64,000 bases of DNA from Eubacteriales bacterium. Lineage in GTDB: Bacteria > Bacillota > Clostridia > Oscillospirales > CAG-272. Under the pieces are notes generated by a model, which saw nothing but the letters and a program-made list of their open reading frames with translations, was not told where the DNA came from and searched no databases. The position numbers and the translations under genes are program-made. The DNA lies in the NCBI GenBank assembly GCA_048526005.1, contig DBFVEH010000021.1:581647-645646 (forward strand), given 5' to 3'. Below are positions 29,603-38,845 of this stretch, in pieces; position 1 is the first letter of the stretch; every line of letters starts with the position of its first letter.

Positions 29603-30691
29603 TTATGCCTCGGCATCCCGCACCATCACGTCGACATAAGCGCGAAAGGCCGTCGGAATCGCATAACGCGAAAGAATCGTCTCCGCACGCTCCCATGTCA
29701 GAGTCCCCGCCATATCCACACACTCCGCAAGATATCCCGTCATATGCCATTCCACATGCGTAAAAATATGGACGGCGTCCCCGCACGGCTCACAGGAAAG
29801 CATTTCCATGCCAAGCTCACGAACATAATTTGCCGCGTCGGAGGCGCTCATGTGCCCTGTGACATTTGGAAATTCCCAAAGACCGGCGAGCAGTCCGCGC
29901 TCCTGCCTGCGGCGTATGGCGTATTTTCCACGGCAGGAAAGCAGCAGCACCGTGCGCTCCTCTGTTCGCCTTGCTTTCTTAGGACTTTTTACCGGAAGCA
30001 CCTCCGTCCGTCCGGAAATCCTCGCTTCGCACATCTCCCGAAGCGGACAGGCGCCGCATTTCGGAGCCCCGTTTGGAATACACACATTTTCCCCCAGCTC
30101 CATAATCGCCTGCGTGAGATTCCCTGCGTCGCGTCCCGACGGATAGATTTCCCGCAGCGCTTCCGCCACCCGTTTTTTTGTCGCAGGGGCGGCGATATCG
30201 TCCGCACATCCGGTAAAGCGCATAACGGTGCGCAGGACGTTTCCGTCGACGGCAGGCTCCGGCCTGCCGAACGCGATCGAAGCGATGGCTCCCGCCGTAT
30301 AATCCCCGATGCCGGGAAGCGTTCGCAGCGCCTCCGCCGTATCCGGAAGGCGACCGCCGTAATCCTCCATCAGAATACGCGCCGCTTTTTTCAGATTCCG
30401 CGCACGGCTGTAATAGCCAAGTCCTTCCCACAGCTTCATGAGAGCATCGTCGGGCACCTCGGCAAGCGCGGAAACGGACGGAAACTCACAGATAAAGCGT
30501 TCATAATACGGAATGACCGCCGTGGTGCGCGTCTGTTGAAGCATAATTTCCGAGAGCCATACGTGATACGGCGTCGCCTCCGTTCTCCACGGCAGATCCT
30601 TCTTATTTTTTTCATACCATATGAGCAGCGGAGCCACCATTCGCTCCAATTCGCCGCGACGCTCCATCCCGTCACCTCTTCCCTTTTCCAT
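29603..30691 (-). CDS. mutY: A/G-specific adenine DNA glycosylase
   Basis: LPWRTEATPYHVWLSEIMLQQTRTTAV, the HhH-GPD PGIGDYTAGAIASIAF, a 4-Cys cluster (CIPNGAPKCGACPLREMC) and a C-terminal NUDIX-like domain. The start could instead be the internal ATG at 30667. Confidence 0.9.
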   Translation of the reverse strand: MEKGRGDGMERRGELERMVAPLLIWYEKNKKDLPWRTEATPYHVWLSEIMLQQTRTTAVIPYYERFICEFPSVSALAEVPDDALMKLWEGLGYYSRARNLKKAARILMEDYGGRLPDTAEALRTLPGIGDYTAGAIASIAFGRPEPAVDGNVLRTVMRFTGCADDIAAPATKKRVAEALREIYPSGRDAGNLTQAIMELGENVCIPNGAPKCGACPLREMCEARISGRTEVLPVKSPKKARRTEERTVLLLSCRGKYAIRRRQERGLLAGLWEFPNVTGHMSASDAANYVRELGMEMLSCEPCGDAVHIFTHVEWHMTGYLAECVDMAGTLTWERAETILSRYAIPTAFRAYVDVMVRDAEA

Positions 30692-31332
30692 AATTGATCC
30701 GATGTCCGTATCCCACTCCGATATGACCTCAGCAGCTCTTCGGAATATAGGAGGCCGATACAGAGATCATCTAACAGCCATTTTCATTTTGATCATCATG
30801 CGAAACCATGATCTCTGTTCCTCTTTTCACCTCTTATTTTGAGAAACAAGAATGACGGCTTTCAAATCCTCTGTCACATCAATCACGATTTGATTCCCTT
30901 TCGTGCCGACCGTTTTTCTCATACGGCGAGGAAATAAACAGCTTATCCTGCGTATCATTCCTCTTATGAGGATAAAATTCCAATCCGTTTCCCGTGAAAA
31001 ACAGCAAGCCGCCCAAAAGGCCGAGAGAACGCCCTTGAAAGCTCGCTGCATCAAATGTCCCGCCAAAATCCCTATGACCGCGCCGAACAAACGCTGTCGT
31101 GAGCAGATCCGTTTCGGCATATCCTATCGTACTCTCCGTTTTCCAATGAAAATATTATAGCATAAAAGTCATCCCTTGTAAAGAACGGCATAGAGCCTAT
31201 CGATTTAAGACAAAAAAACGGCCGAACGCATGAAAATATAAAAAAACAACCGAAAGACTACGTCGGAATTTACAAATTATTTTCTTATTTATGTTCATTT
31301 TTCACAATTTACAAATTTTTCCGCTTCGATTC

Positions 31333-31524
31333 TTGACAGATTTATCCAAATATGGTATATTGGATTTATAAAAGCAGCCGTATAAGAAATCCGCCCGACA
31401 ATGATATGCCCAAGCGCCAATGCCGAGTATTTCTTGAATTGCAAAGCGCGGTTCATTTGGCGAAGATAAAGCGATGCGCATAAGAATTTAGGGCTTACAT
31501 ACCTGTCTTCTTATGCGCTGTTTT
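31333..31524 (+). promoter_or_regulatory. Promoter followed by a roughly 155-nt terminated leader or small RNA
   Basis: TTGACA (31333-31338), 17 nt, then TGgTATATT (-10 at 31356-31361). The hairpin gcgcataagaa...ttcttatgcgc (31476-31518) with tgtttt follows. Confidence 0.45.
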
Positions 31525-31733
31525 ATAGATCTTAGTATGATAGGAGGACTGTCGGTATGAAAGCAGTCAGCGGTCACGGTATTTTCGGCAATATGGCGAT
31601 CCCCCTTCTCTTTCGGCTGTGCGGGCATATAGGAAAGAAATTCCCTATATGCAAAGCGAAGTCATAAAAATCCGCCGCAGAAACCGGCGGGAAACCCAAA
31701 CACAGGACAAAATAAAAATGGGAGGAATCAAAA

Positions 31734-32900
31734 ATGACACAAAGAAAATGTACAAAAACGAATTTCGTAAAAATCATCTCCACCGCCATCGCTCTTGTCA
31801 TGCTTTTTGCCAATGTGACTCAGCTCACAATCGGAGCATCCGGCATCACGGCCGCGGAAAACAGCACCGCGGTCAGCAGAAATCTCCTAAATGTGTTTTC
31901 AGCCAAAATGAGCAGCATCCAAAAGGAAAACCAAGCTCTGTCAATCGCGAGGATCCTTCCCGTCAAGGATTTTTCCGGAGAGGATTATTTGGTGATAGAG
32001 GGCAGTCCGACAGGCTATATGATCTATCATCCCGAATCCGGTGTTTTTGTCGAATCATCGCCGAGTGCGCCTTCTCCCTATGCGGGACTCTCGGGCAATA
32101 CCCTATATTACGGAGGGCCGACGGAATACTATATTGAGGAAGACGGTATTTTCTATCATACCGTCATCGATGAAATCATAGACAATTCGGTCGATGTCCA
32201 GAGAATGAATCTGACATCTGCGAATATGACTGCGGAACTAAACCAAAACAAAAGCATCGTTACACTGGATTATGTAATCAACAGCAACACGACCGCATAT
32301 GCAACCATGGTTCAGGCAAATACGACCTCAGTGCAGAGCGGTCTGACGCAAGCGCAAGTGGACTGGTTCAAAAACCTCAGCAGCTGCGGCTATTTCAGCG
32401 TGGGCGACGGCTGCTGCGGATTCGTCGGACTAAACATACTTTACGCCTTTTTTGATAAATTTGTAGACGATAAGTATATGGACGACCAATATTGGACCAA
32501 TGCTTCCAAAACGCAGCTCAAAAACAACGACAGCTCCTTCACAAAGTATTTATATGACTTGGATCCCAAGGACACCACCACCTCCATACATATCCATTCC
32601 GTCTCCAAGCAGTATCTGAGTCTCAAGGGCATCACGGACATCGATCACACGGACAGATATTGGGGTTTCTTCACAAAAAGCACGATCCGCGGAATCCTTG
32701 ACAACGGTTATCCGGTGGAGCTTTTCGGCAGCTTGGCGGATCCGCCCAATTATTCCGGCACCGGAAAGAAATCCGGACATGCCGTTGTAGCATACCAATA
32801 TTCCGGCGATGATTTCATCTGTCATTACGGCTGGAACGGCTATGCGGAAGTGACGATCGTCGGAACACTCGGAAGCATTTACGCGATGGAGGTCGAATAA
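31734..32900 (+). CDS. Secreted papain-fold cysteine peptidase-like protein (C39-like/C47-like; tentative)
   Basis: GGAGG SD and an N-terminal TM/signal segment (FVKIISTAIALVMLFANV). The candidate nucleophile is DGCCGFVGLNILYAF and the candidate His is SGHAVVAYQYSGDDFICHYGWNG. Assignment is by motif resemblance only. Confidence 0.45.
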   Translation: MTQRKCTKTNFVKIISTAIALVMLFANVTQLTIGASGITAAENSTAVSRNLLNVFSAKMSSIQKENQALSIARILPVKDFSGEDYLVIEGSPTGYMIYHPESGVFVESSPSAPSPYAGLSGNTLYYGGPTEYYIEEDGIFYHTVIDEIIDNSVDVQRMNLTSANMTAELNQNKSIVTLDYVINSNTTAYATMVQANTTSVQSGLTQAQVDWFKNLSSCGYFSVGDGCCGFVGLNILYAFFDKFVDDKYMDDQYWTNASKTQLKNNDSSFTKYLYDLDPKDTTTSIHIHSVSKQYLSLKGITDIDHTDRYWGFFTKSTIRGILDNGYPVELFGSLADPPNYSGTGKKSGHAVVAYQYSGDDFICHYGWNGYAEVTIVGTLGSIYAMEVE

Positions 32901-32904
32901 ACCC

Positions 32905-33657
32905 GTGAGATCTCAAAAAATCGGGATAAGCTTCTTTTGTTTTGCCGCAGCTTTGCTACTTCTTCTGTTCTCTTTTGCAGGGTGCAGCGGAAACAGAGCT
33001 GTCGACAGCATCACGGCCATCGCTCTTTTCAGCAAAGAAAAGCTGACCCTGCCCATCCGGGCGGACAATGCTTCGGTCGGCGGCTTGGAGGGAAACGGCG
33101 ATCTCACATTCGAGACGGAGCTGACGCTCGATGAGCTATATGACGCCATCTCAAAAATTCCGGAAATCAGCGCATCAAAATATGAGCGCGCAATTTGGAT
33201 CAAAAGGACAAGCGGGGGCGGTTATACCGATTATTATTGCCTTGCCGAGCATGAAAGCCAGTATGTATTCAGCGGTATGCGAGGCGTTCTGATAACCGAT
33301 ATAGACGGAAACGGCAATCAAACAAAATCCGCGCTTCTGCTGCCAGTGCATCTCATCACGGACCCGTTGATACTGGAAGGGGCCACACCGTATTACACGT
33401 TATACATCGATGTCGAATACAAAACGAGCGGCGGCCTTGACGAATATTTACAATTCTACGACGAATGCGGCTGGTACAAGACGGAAACGCTGGAAAACGA
33501 AATCATCCTGTCTGGCTATCAGGACAAAGACGACATGGTCATCCAGCCAGCCTTCGACAATCCCAGCGCAAACGGCGCCCTAGAGATCGATTCCCTCTAT
33601 CGGATACGATTCCGTGAAAAAGACGGCAAATGTTATTTTTCCATCTCTGTGAAGTAA
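32905..33657 (+). CDS. Hypothetical lipoprotein, co-operonic with the peptidase-like gene
   Basis: GTG start 4 nt after the upstream stop. Lipobox LLLLLFSFAGC. The terminator hairpin aagagctgctgc-caat-agcagcagctctt follows. Confidence 0.6.
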   Translation: MRSQKIGISFFCFAAALLLLLFSFAGCSGNRAVDSITAIALFSKEKLTLPIRADNASVGGLEGNGDLTFETELTLDELYDAISKIPEISASKYERAIWIKRTSGGGYTDYYCLAEHESQYVFSGMRGVLITDIDGNGNQTKSALLLPVHLITDPLILEGATPYYTLYIDVEYKTSGGLDEYLQFYDECGWYKTETLENEIILSGYQDKDDMVIQPAFDNPSANGALEIDSLYRIRFREKDGKCYFSISVK

Positions 33658-33770
33658 AGAAAACCGTTTTAAGAGCTGCTGCCAATAGCAGCAGCTCTTA
33701 TATCCATTCGCGGAATATGAATGGATCTCCTCCGACGAAGCATACTAAATATGAAAAAGGAGGGGATTGT

Positions 33771-33911
33771 ATGTCCAAGGAAAACACAGCAAAGCCAAAG
33801 CAAGGAAAGCCGTCTGAAAAAAATAAAAAGCCCGTAGCGCCCGGCGATATCAAGGGAAAAATCGAAATTCCCGATACGCGCGAACGCAGAGACGGACCGG
33901 GCGGCAACTGA
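33771..33911 (+). CDS. Small basic hypothetical protein (46 aa)
   Basis: Strong SD AAAAAGGAGGGG, then ATG 33771: MSKENTAKPKQGKPSEKNKKPVAPGDIKGKIEIPDTRERRDGPGGN. The hairpin accgccgt...acggcggtttttt follows. Confidence 0.5.
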   Translation: MSKENTAKPKQGKPSEKNKKPVAPGDIKGKIEIPDTRERRDGPGGN

Positions 33912-34003
33912 TGCGGGAACCGCCGTAGAAATCCGATGACTTGGACATCCACGGCGGTTTTTTATGCAAGGACGACAGATTTCACACCGCAGCCGCCCGA
34001 AAT

Positions 34004-35586
34004 TTACAAAAGCGGAGCGGCAGCAAGAAATCCAATCCAATCAGATCGTAAAAGGAGCCTGCTTCTGAACAGCCTGATTAGGCCGACAGAGGCATGCTCC
34101 TTTTCATATGGTGCAGCGAGTGCATTAAAATCCGAACCTATGCCAGCCGATTCGAGCTCAGCAAAGGTCATAGTTTTTGAACAGTCTTTGTAATTACAAC
34201 CGAAATATATACGCCCGTCATTATAAAGGATGATCGTATTTATAAAAGTATCTGTCAAACGGCGGCGATGTTCAAGTCTATTTGTGTTGAGCTTGCGTAA
34301 CCAGTCAAACCAAAATATATTTTGGTCTTTTGTCAAGGTCGGTTTTGCCTGCCATTTCTTCTTTCATGATCTGCACCGAAAGCTCACTCTTCTGACGCTC
34401 TAAATCTTCCATTCTCTGCTTCGTTGACGGAGTAAGTATTCCTTGCTGAATTGCATTGAGCAGATTATCAATACTTCTCTGCGTTTCTGCATACTGCTTT
34501 TTGAGTAACGGAAGCGTGGTATTTTCTACACACTGCATTTCCATTACTTTATCAGCTAGCATTTCAATCAGTTCATCATCAAATATAATTCTGCGAATAT
34601 AATCAATAACGAGATTTTCTATCCATTCTTTTCTGACTGTTTTCTTGTCACAGCCTTTATGATTCTTAACACTTACGCATTTATAATATCAATGCACTTT
34701 ATTTTTTTGACGGCTTGTTCCACTTTCACCAACCATATAGCATTGGCACTTACCGCATAACAATTTGGTAGTAAGCAGATATTCGTCTTCGGCTTTATGC
34801 TTAGCAGGAGCTTTTTTATTTGCTGCCATACGCTCCTGCACTCGCTCGAATAATTCTTGTGGGACAATAGCAGGAATACCGTCCGGTTGAACAATATCAC
34901 GATATTTGAATTCACCAATATATTTGCGGTTGTACAGCATACGGGTAACGCTGTTTATGCTGATTTTGCCGCCTCCTTTGGTACGAACACCTTTTAGATT
35001 CATTTCATCCGTGATCTCACGCATAGAGGCACCATCTGCATAATGCTTAAAAGCATCGAGAACAGCAGGTGCTGTGATTGGATCAATCTGAAAATACTGA
35101 TTAGAGCCAATCGTATAACCGATTGGAAGTGTATCGCCGTTATACTTGCATTTCAGTGCATTTTCAGTCAGTCCTCTTACAACCTTTTCGGACAGCTCTG
35201 CAGAGTAATATTCCGCCATACCTTCAAGCATAGATTCGAGCAAAACGCCTTCTGCACTGTCGGAAATCAACTCTGTTGCAGATACGACTTTTACGCCGTT
35301 CTTACGGAAAATGGATTTACAATGCGCCGAGTCATATCGGTTACGTGCAAAACGGTCAAGTTTCCATACAATGACAATATTAAACATACCGCTGGAACTT
35401 TCCTTGATCATCCGTTGAAAATCAGGGCGATTATCCGTCTTTGCGGATAGCGCACGGTCAATGTATGTACCGATAATCTGAATATCATTCTTTTCCACAA
35501 ACGCTTTGCACTCACGCAATTGTCCTCCTATAGATTCTTCTCAATTGATTATCACTGGAATACCTGGCGTAGATGACACCTTTCAA
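34004..35586 (-). pseudogene. Large serine recombinase, disrupted (at least 3 lesions)
   Basis: The pieces are in order. The N-terminus (TTG)KGVIYARYSSDNQ (35586 downwards) falls out of frame near 35541-35550. A 276-aa core follows (EESIGGQLRECKAF...VVWKLDRFARN...CGKCQCYMVGESG). An in-frame TGA lies at 34689-34691 (KVH*YYKC). The coiled-coil piece spans 34305-34562. A frameshift near 34330-34345 leads into the C-terminal piece (FINTIILYNDGRIYFGCNYKD). Confidence 0.85.
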
Positions 35587-35772
35587 TTTTCTGCTTCACT
35601 ACCTTTCGTTATAGAATCGTTTTACAGGGAGTATTGGTGAGTTCCCTAATAAGGAACTGCTACATCCGACAATACTTGCACATGCAAATATGTTGCTTAT
35701 GAATGCAGTTCCACTATTGAGTTTATTATAGCACATTTTGCTTTGATTGTACAGCATTTTATGCAGAAATTT

Positions 35773-35850
35773 CAAATTATTGTTGATTTACTCAAATTGT
35801 TGTTGAAATATGTTTTGATTTGTAGTATAATATAGTTATATAATTATATA
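35773..35850 (+). promoter_or_regulatory. Promoter with direct repeats and a palindromic operator candidate upstream of the Xre gene
   Basis: CAAATTATTGTTGA (35773-35786) and CAAATTGTTGTTGA (35793-35806) lie 20 bp apart. -35 TTGAAA (35803-35808), 17 nt, then TATAAT (35826-35831). The perfect 14-bp palindrome TATATAATTATATA (35837-35850) lies before the GGAGGA SD. Confidence 0.45.
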
Positions 35851-35873
35851 ATTATACCCTGGAGGAAGATAGC

Positions 35874-36083
35874 ATGCCTCGCTCATACAATAGGCTGTTT
35901 AAACTGATGATTGATAAGAATATAAATAAAACGCAATTGCGTGATAGTGCAGGAATCACTTCAAATGCAATGGCAAAAATCTCAAAGAATGAACCGGTAT
36001 CAATTGAAGTACTTGAAAAGATTTGCGGTGTATTGCAATGTAATATCGAGGATGTAGTAGAGGTGTTTCCCGATGCCGAATGA
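35874..36083 (+). CDS. XRE-family helix-turn-helix transcriptional regulator
   Basis: 69 aa: YNRLFKLMIDKNINKTQLRDSAGITSNAMAKISKNEPVSIEVLEKICGVLQCNIEDVVE, a classic short Cro/C1-type HTH. Confidence 0.8.
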   Translation: MPRSYNRLFKLMIDKNINKTQLRDSAGITSNAMAKISKNEPVSIEVLEKICGVLQCNIEDVVEVFPDAE

Positions 36084-36156
36084 GCGTGCGTCGGCATCCC
36101 ACTTAATCTGACAATAATTTTAATGATGAGGTAATAGTGTATCGGAGGATTTGAAT

Positions 36157-37731
36157 ATGGCAAGAGCAGCTGCTAAACCAAAAAAAGAAATCACAATGGA
36201 AGAAGCACTGTGGAAAAGTGCGGACAAGCTTCGTGGCTCTGTTGAACCTGCGGAGTATAAGCATGTTGTCCTCAGCTTATTCTTCCTTAAATTTGCAAGC
36301 GATAAATTTGAAGCACAAAGAAAAGCAATTTCAGAGAAATACGGCGAGAAATTTGTAGACAACATCGCATTTTATACCAAGGATAATGTTTTCTTCCTGC
36401 CCGAAGAAAGCCGTTGGTCTTACATAATGGAAAACGCAAAGCAGGACGATATTGCCCTAAAAATTGATACTGCCCTTTATACGATTGAAAAAACAAATCC
36501 GGCGCTCAAAGGCGCTTTGCCGGACAACTACTAGTCCCGCTTACATATCGACACGGCAAAGCTGGCGTCTTTGCTGGATGAAATAAACAGCATTAACACA
36601 GATGATGAAGAAAACGACATTATCGGGCGTGTGTATGAATACTTTTTGAGCAAATTTGCGCTTGCCGAAGGTAAAGGCAAGGGCGAGTTCTACACACCGA
36701 AATGTATTGTCAATCTGATTGCCGAAATGCTGGAGCCTTACGACGGTATTCTTTACGATCCCTGCTGCGGCTCAGGCGGTATGTTTGTGCAGTCAATCAA
36801 GTTTGTTGAAGCACACAGCGGCAATAAGAAAAAAGTATCTATCTACGGTCAGGAATATACCAACACAACATTCAAACTGGCAAAGATGAACTTAGCCATT
36901 CGTGGTATATCTGCAAACCTCGGTGAGATGGCTGCAAACACTTTTACCAATGACCAGCACAAAGACTTGAAAGCCGATTTTATTATGGCAAATCCGCCTT
37001 TTAACCAAAAGGAATGGCGTGCTGCCAACGAGTTGACCAGCGATCCCCGATGGAATGGTTATGACGTACCGCCTACCAACAATGCAAACTATGGTTGGAT
37101 ATTGAATATTGTTTCCAAGCTTTCGCAGAATGGTGTTGCTGGATTCCTGCTGGCAAACGGTGCTCTTTCTGATGATGGCACAGAATTGAAAATCCGTAGA
37201 AAGCTTATTGAAAACAATCTTGTTGAGGCGATTATCATTCTGCCGAGAAACTTGTTCTATACCACCGACATCAGCGTAACACTTTGGATTTTGAATAAAA
37301 ACAAGAAAGCTCGTATTGTAGAACAGAATGGGCAGTTAAAGTGCTACCGCAATAGAGAGAAAGAAATTCTCTTTATGGATCTGCGGCAGATGGGTAGTCC
37401 ATATGAAAAGAAATATGTAGAGCTGACTGATGAAGAAAGAGCAAAGGTTACTGCGGTTTATCACAACTGGCAACAGGAAGACTACGAGGAAACCTATCAG
37501 AATGTGCCGGAATTTTGCTATTCCGCGTCCTTTGACGAGGTAAAAGAAAAAGGCTTCACCCTTGTGCCGAGTCGTTACATCGAGTTTGTCAACCGTGATG
37601 AGAACATCGACTTCGATACAAAAATGAAAACACTTCAAACAGAGCTGAAAGAGCTTTTGATTCAAGAGGAGAAGTCAAAAGCGAATTTGCTTGCGGTGTT
37701 TAAGGAGCTTGGATATGAAATCGAATTATAA
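36157..37731 (+). pseudogene. hsdM: Type I restriction-modification methyltransferase subunit HsdM, interrupted by an in-frame TAG
   Basis: GGAGGA SD and ATG 36157. The HsdM_N domain (LWKSADKLRGSVEPAEYKHVVLSLFFLKFASDKF) comes first. TAG at 36532-36534 lies in the same frame (…LPDNY*SRLHIDTAKLASLLDEI). The catalytic domain follows (GEFYTPKCIV, YDPCCGSGGMFV, ANPPFN). Confidence 0.85.
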
Positions 37732-38821
37732 AACTATTGGCGAATTAGTTGAAAGAATAGACCAACGAAATACAGAGGGTTCTATTACCAACCTAATCGG
37801 TGTTAGTATAGACAAGAAATTCATATCTTCAGTTGCTAATGTTATCGGAACAGACCTTACTAAATACAAGGTTATTGAAAAGTTCGATTTTGCAGTTAGT
37901 CTTATGCAGGTGAGCCGAGATGAAAAAATCCCCGTTGCTTGTCAAAAAGAGTTCGACAAAGCAATTATGTCTCCCGCATATCCAATTTTCAGAGTAAAAG
38001 ATACAAGTATCATTTTGCCTGAGTATTTAGAAATGTGGTTTATGCGACCTGAGTTCGACCGTGAAGCATCATTTATTGCAGTTGGTGGTGTTCGTGGCAG
38101 TATGCCATGGGAAGATTTTGCAAGAATAGAGGTTTGTGTCCCGCCTATCGAGGAACAGCAAAAAATAGTAAAAGCCTATCAGACCATTACGAAACGGATC
38201 GAATTGAAGAAGAAGATAAATGATAATTTAGAAGCACAAGCACAAGCGATGTTGCAAAGAAATATCAAAGAAAACAGTAAAAAATCAAAGGTTAATGACC
38301 TCATAACCCTGTATGATTTTCTGCGTCGTCCAATATCAGGGCTGGCTCGAGGTGGAATGGAAAGGAACTATCCATACTATGGAGCGGCAGCTTTAATGGA
38401 TTATGTAGATAACTATATATTCGAGGGAATTTATGGGCTGATTGGTGAAGACGGGACAGTTATGGATGAAGACGGCTACCCTACGATGCAATATGTGTGG
38501 GGTAAATTTTGGGTGAATAACCATGCCCACATCTTTCAGGGTAAGAACGGATATTCAACCGAGATCATATATCTTCTTTTAAAAAATACCGTTGTCCAAA
38601 ACACCGTGACAGGCGCTGTTCAGCTAAAGATAGCCCAAAAGAACCTTCGGAATCTGTCTGTCTTAGTGCCAACTGATGAAAACTTACGGGAAATTGATGC
38701 AGTGGTTCAGACATTTTTTAAGTACATTCGAGAAAACTGTGATGAGGTTGCACAGCTCAATAGATTGAATACTGTCATCCTATCAAAAATGGCTGAATAC
38801 GACGCTGAATTATCATTATAA
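37715..38821 (+). CDS. hsdS: Type I restriction-modification specificity subunit HsdS
   Basis: AAGGAG SD with ATG 37715 overlapping hsdM by 17 nt. It has two TRD-like halves separated by a helical spacer (EEQQKIVKAYQTITKRIELKKKINDNLEAQAQAM), with a second conserved helix at the C-terminus. Confidence 0.85.
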   Translation: MKSNYKTIGELVERIDQRNTEGSITNLIGVSIDKKFISSVANVIGTDLTKYKVIEKFDFAVSLMQVSRDEKIPVACQKEFDKAIMSPAYPIFRVKDTSIILPEYLEMWFMRPEFDREASFIAVGGVRGSMPWEDFARIEVCVPPIEEQQKIVKAYQTITKRIELKKKINDNLEAQAQAMLQRNIKENSKKSKVNDLITLYDFLRRPISGLARGGMERNYPYYGAAALMDYVDNYIFEGIYGLIGEDGTVMDEDGYPTMQYVWGKFWVNNHAHIFQGKNGYSTEIIYLLLKNTVVQNTVTGAVQLKIAQKNLRNLSVLVPTDENLREIDAVVQTFFKYIRENCDEVAQLNRLNTVILSKMAEYDAELSL

Positions 38822-38845
38822 ATAAACAGAAAGGAAGTTAAAATT

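Noticed and set aside
30827-31120. A 97-aa minus-strand ORF upstream of mutY.
   Set aside because: No SD and no recognisable motif, and the sequence is partly low-complexity (RRISCLFPRRMRK). Support is insufficient to call a gene.
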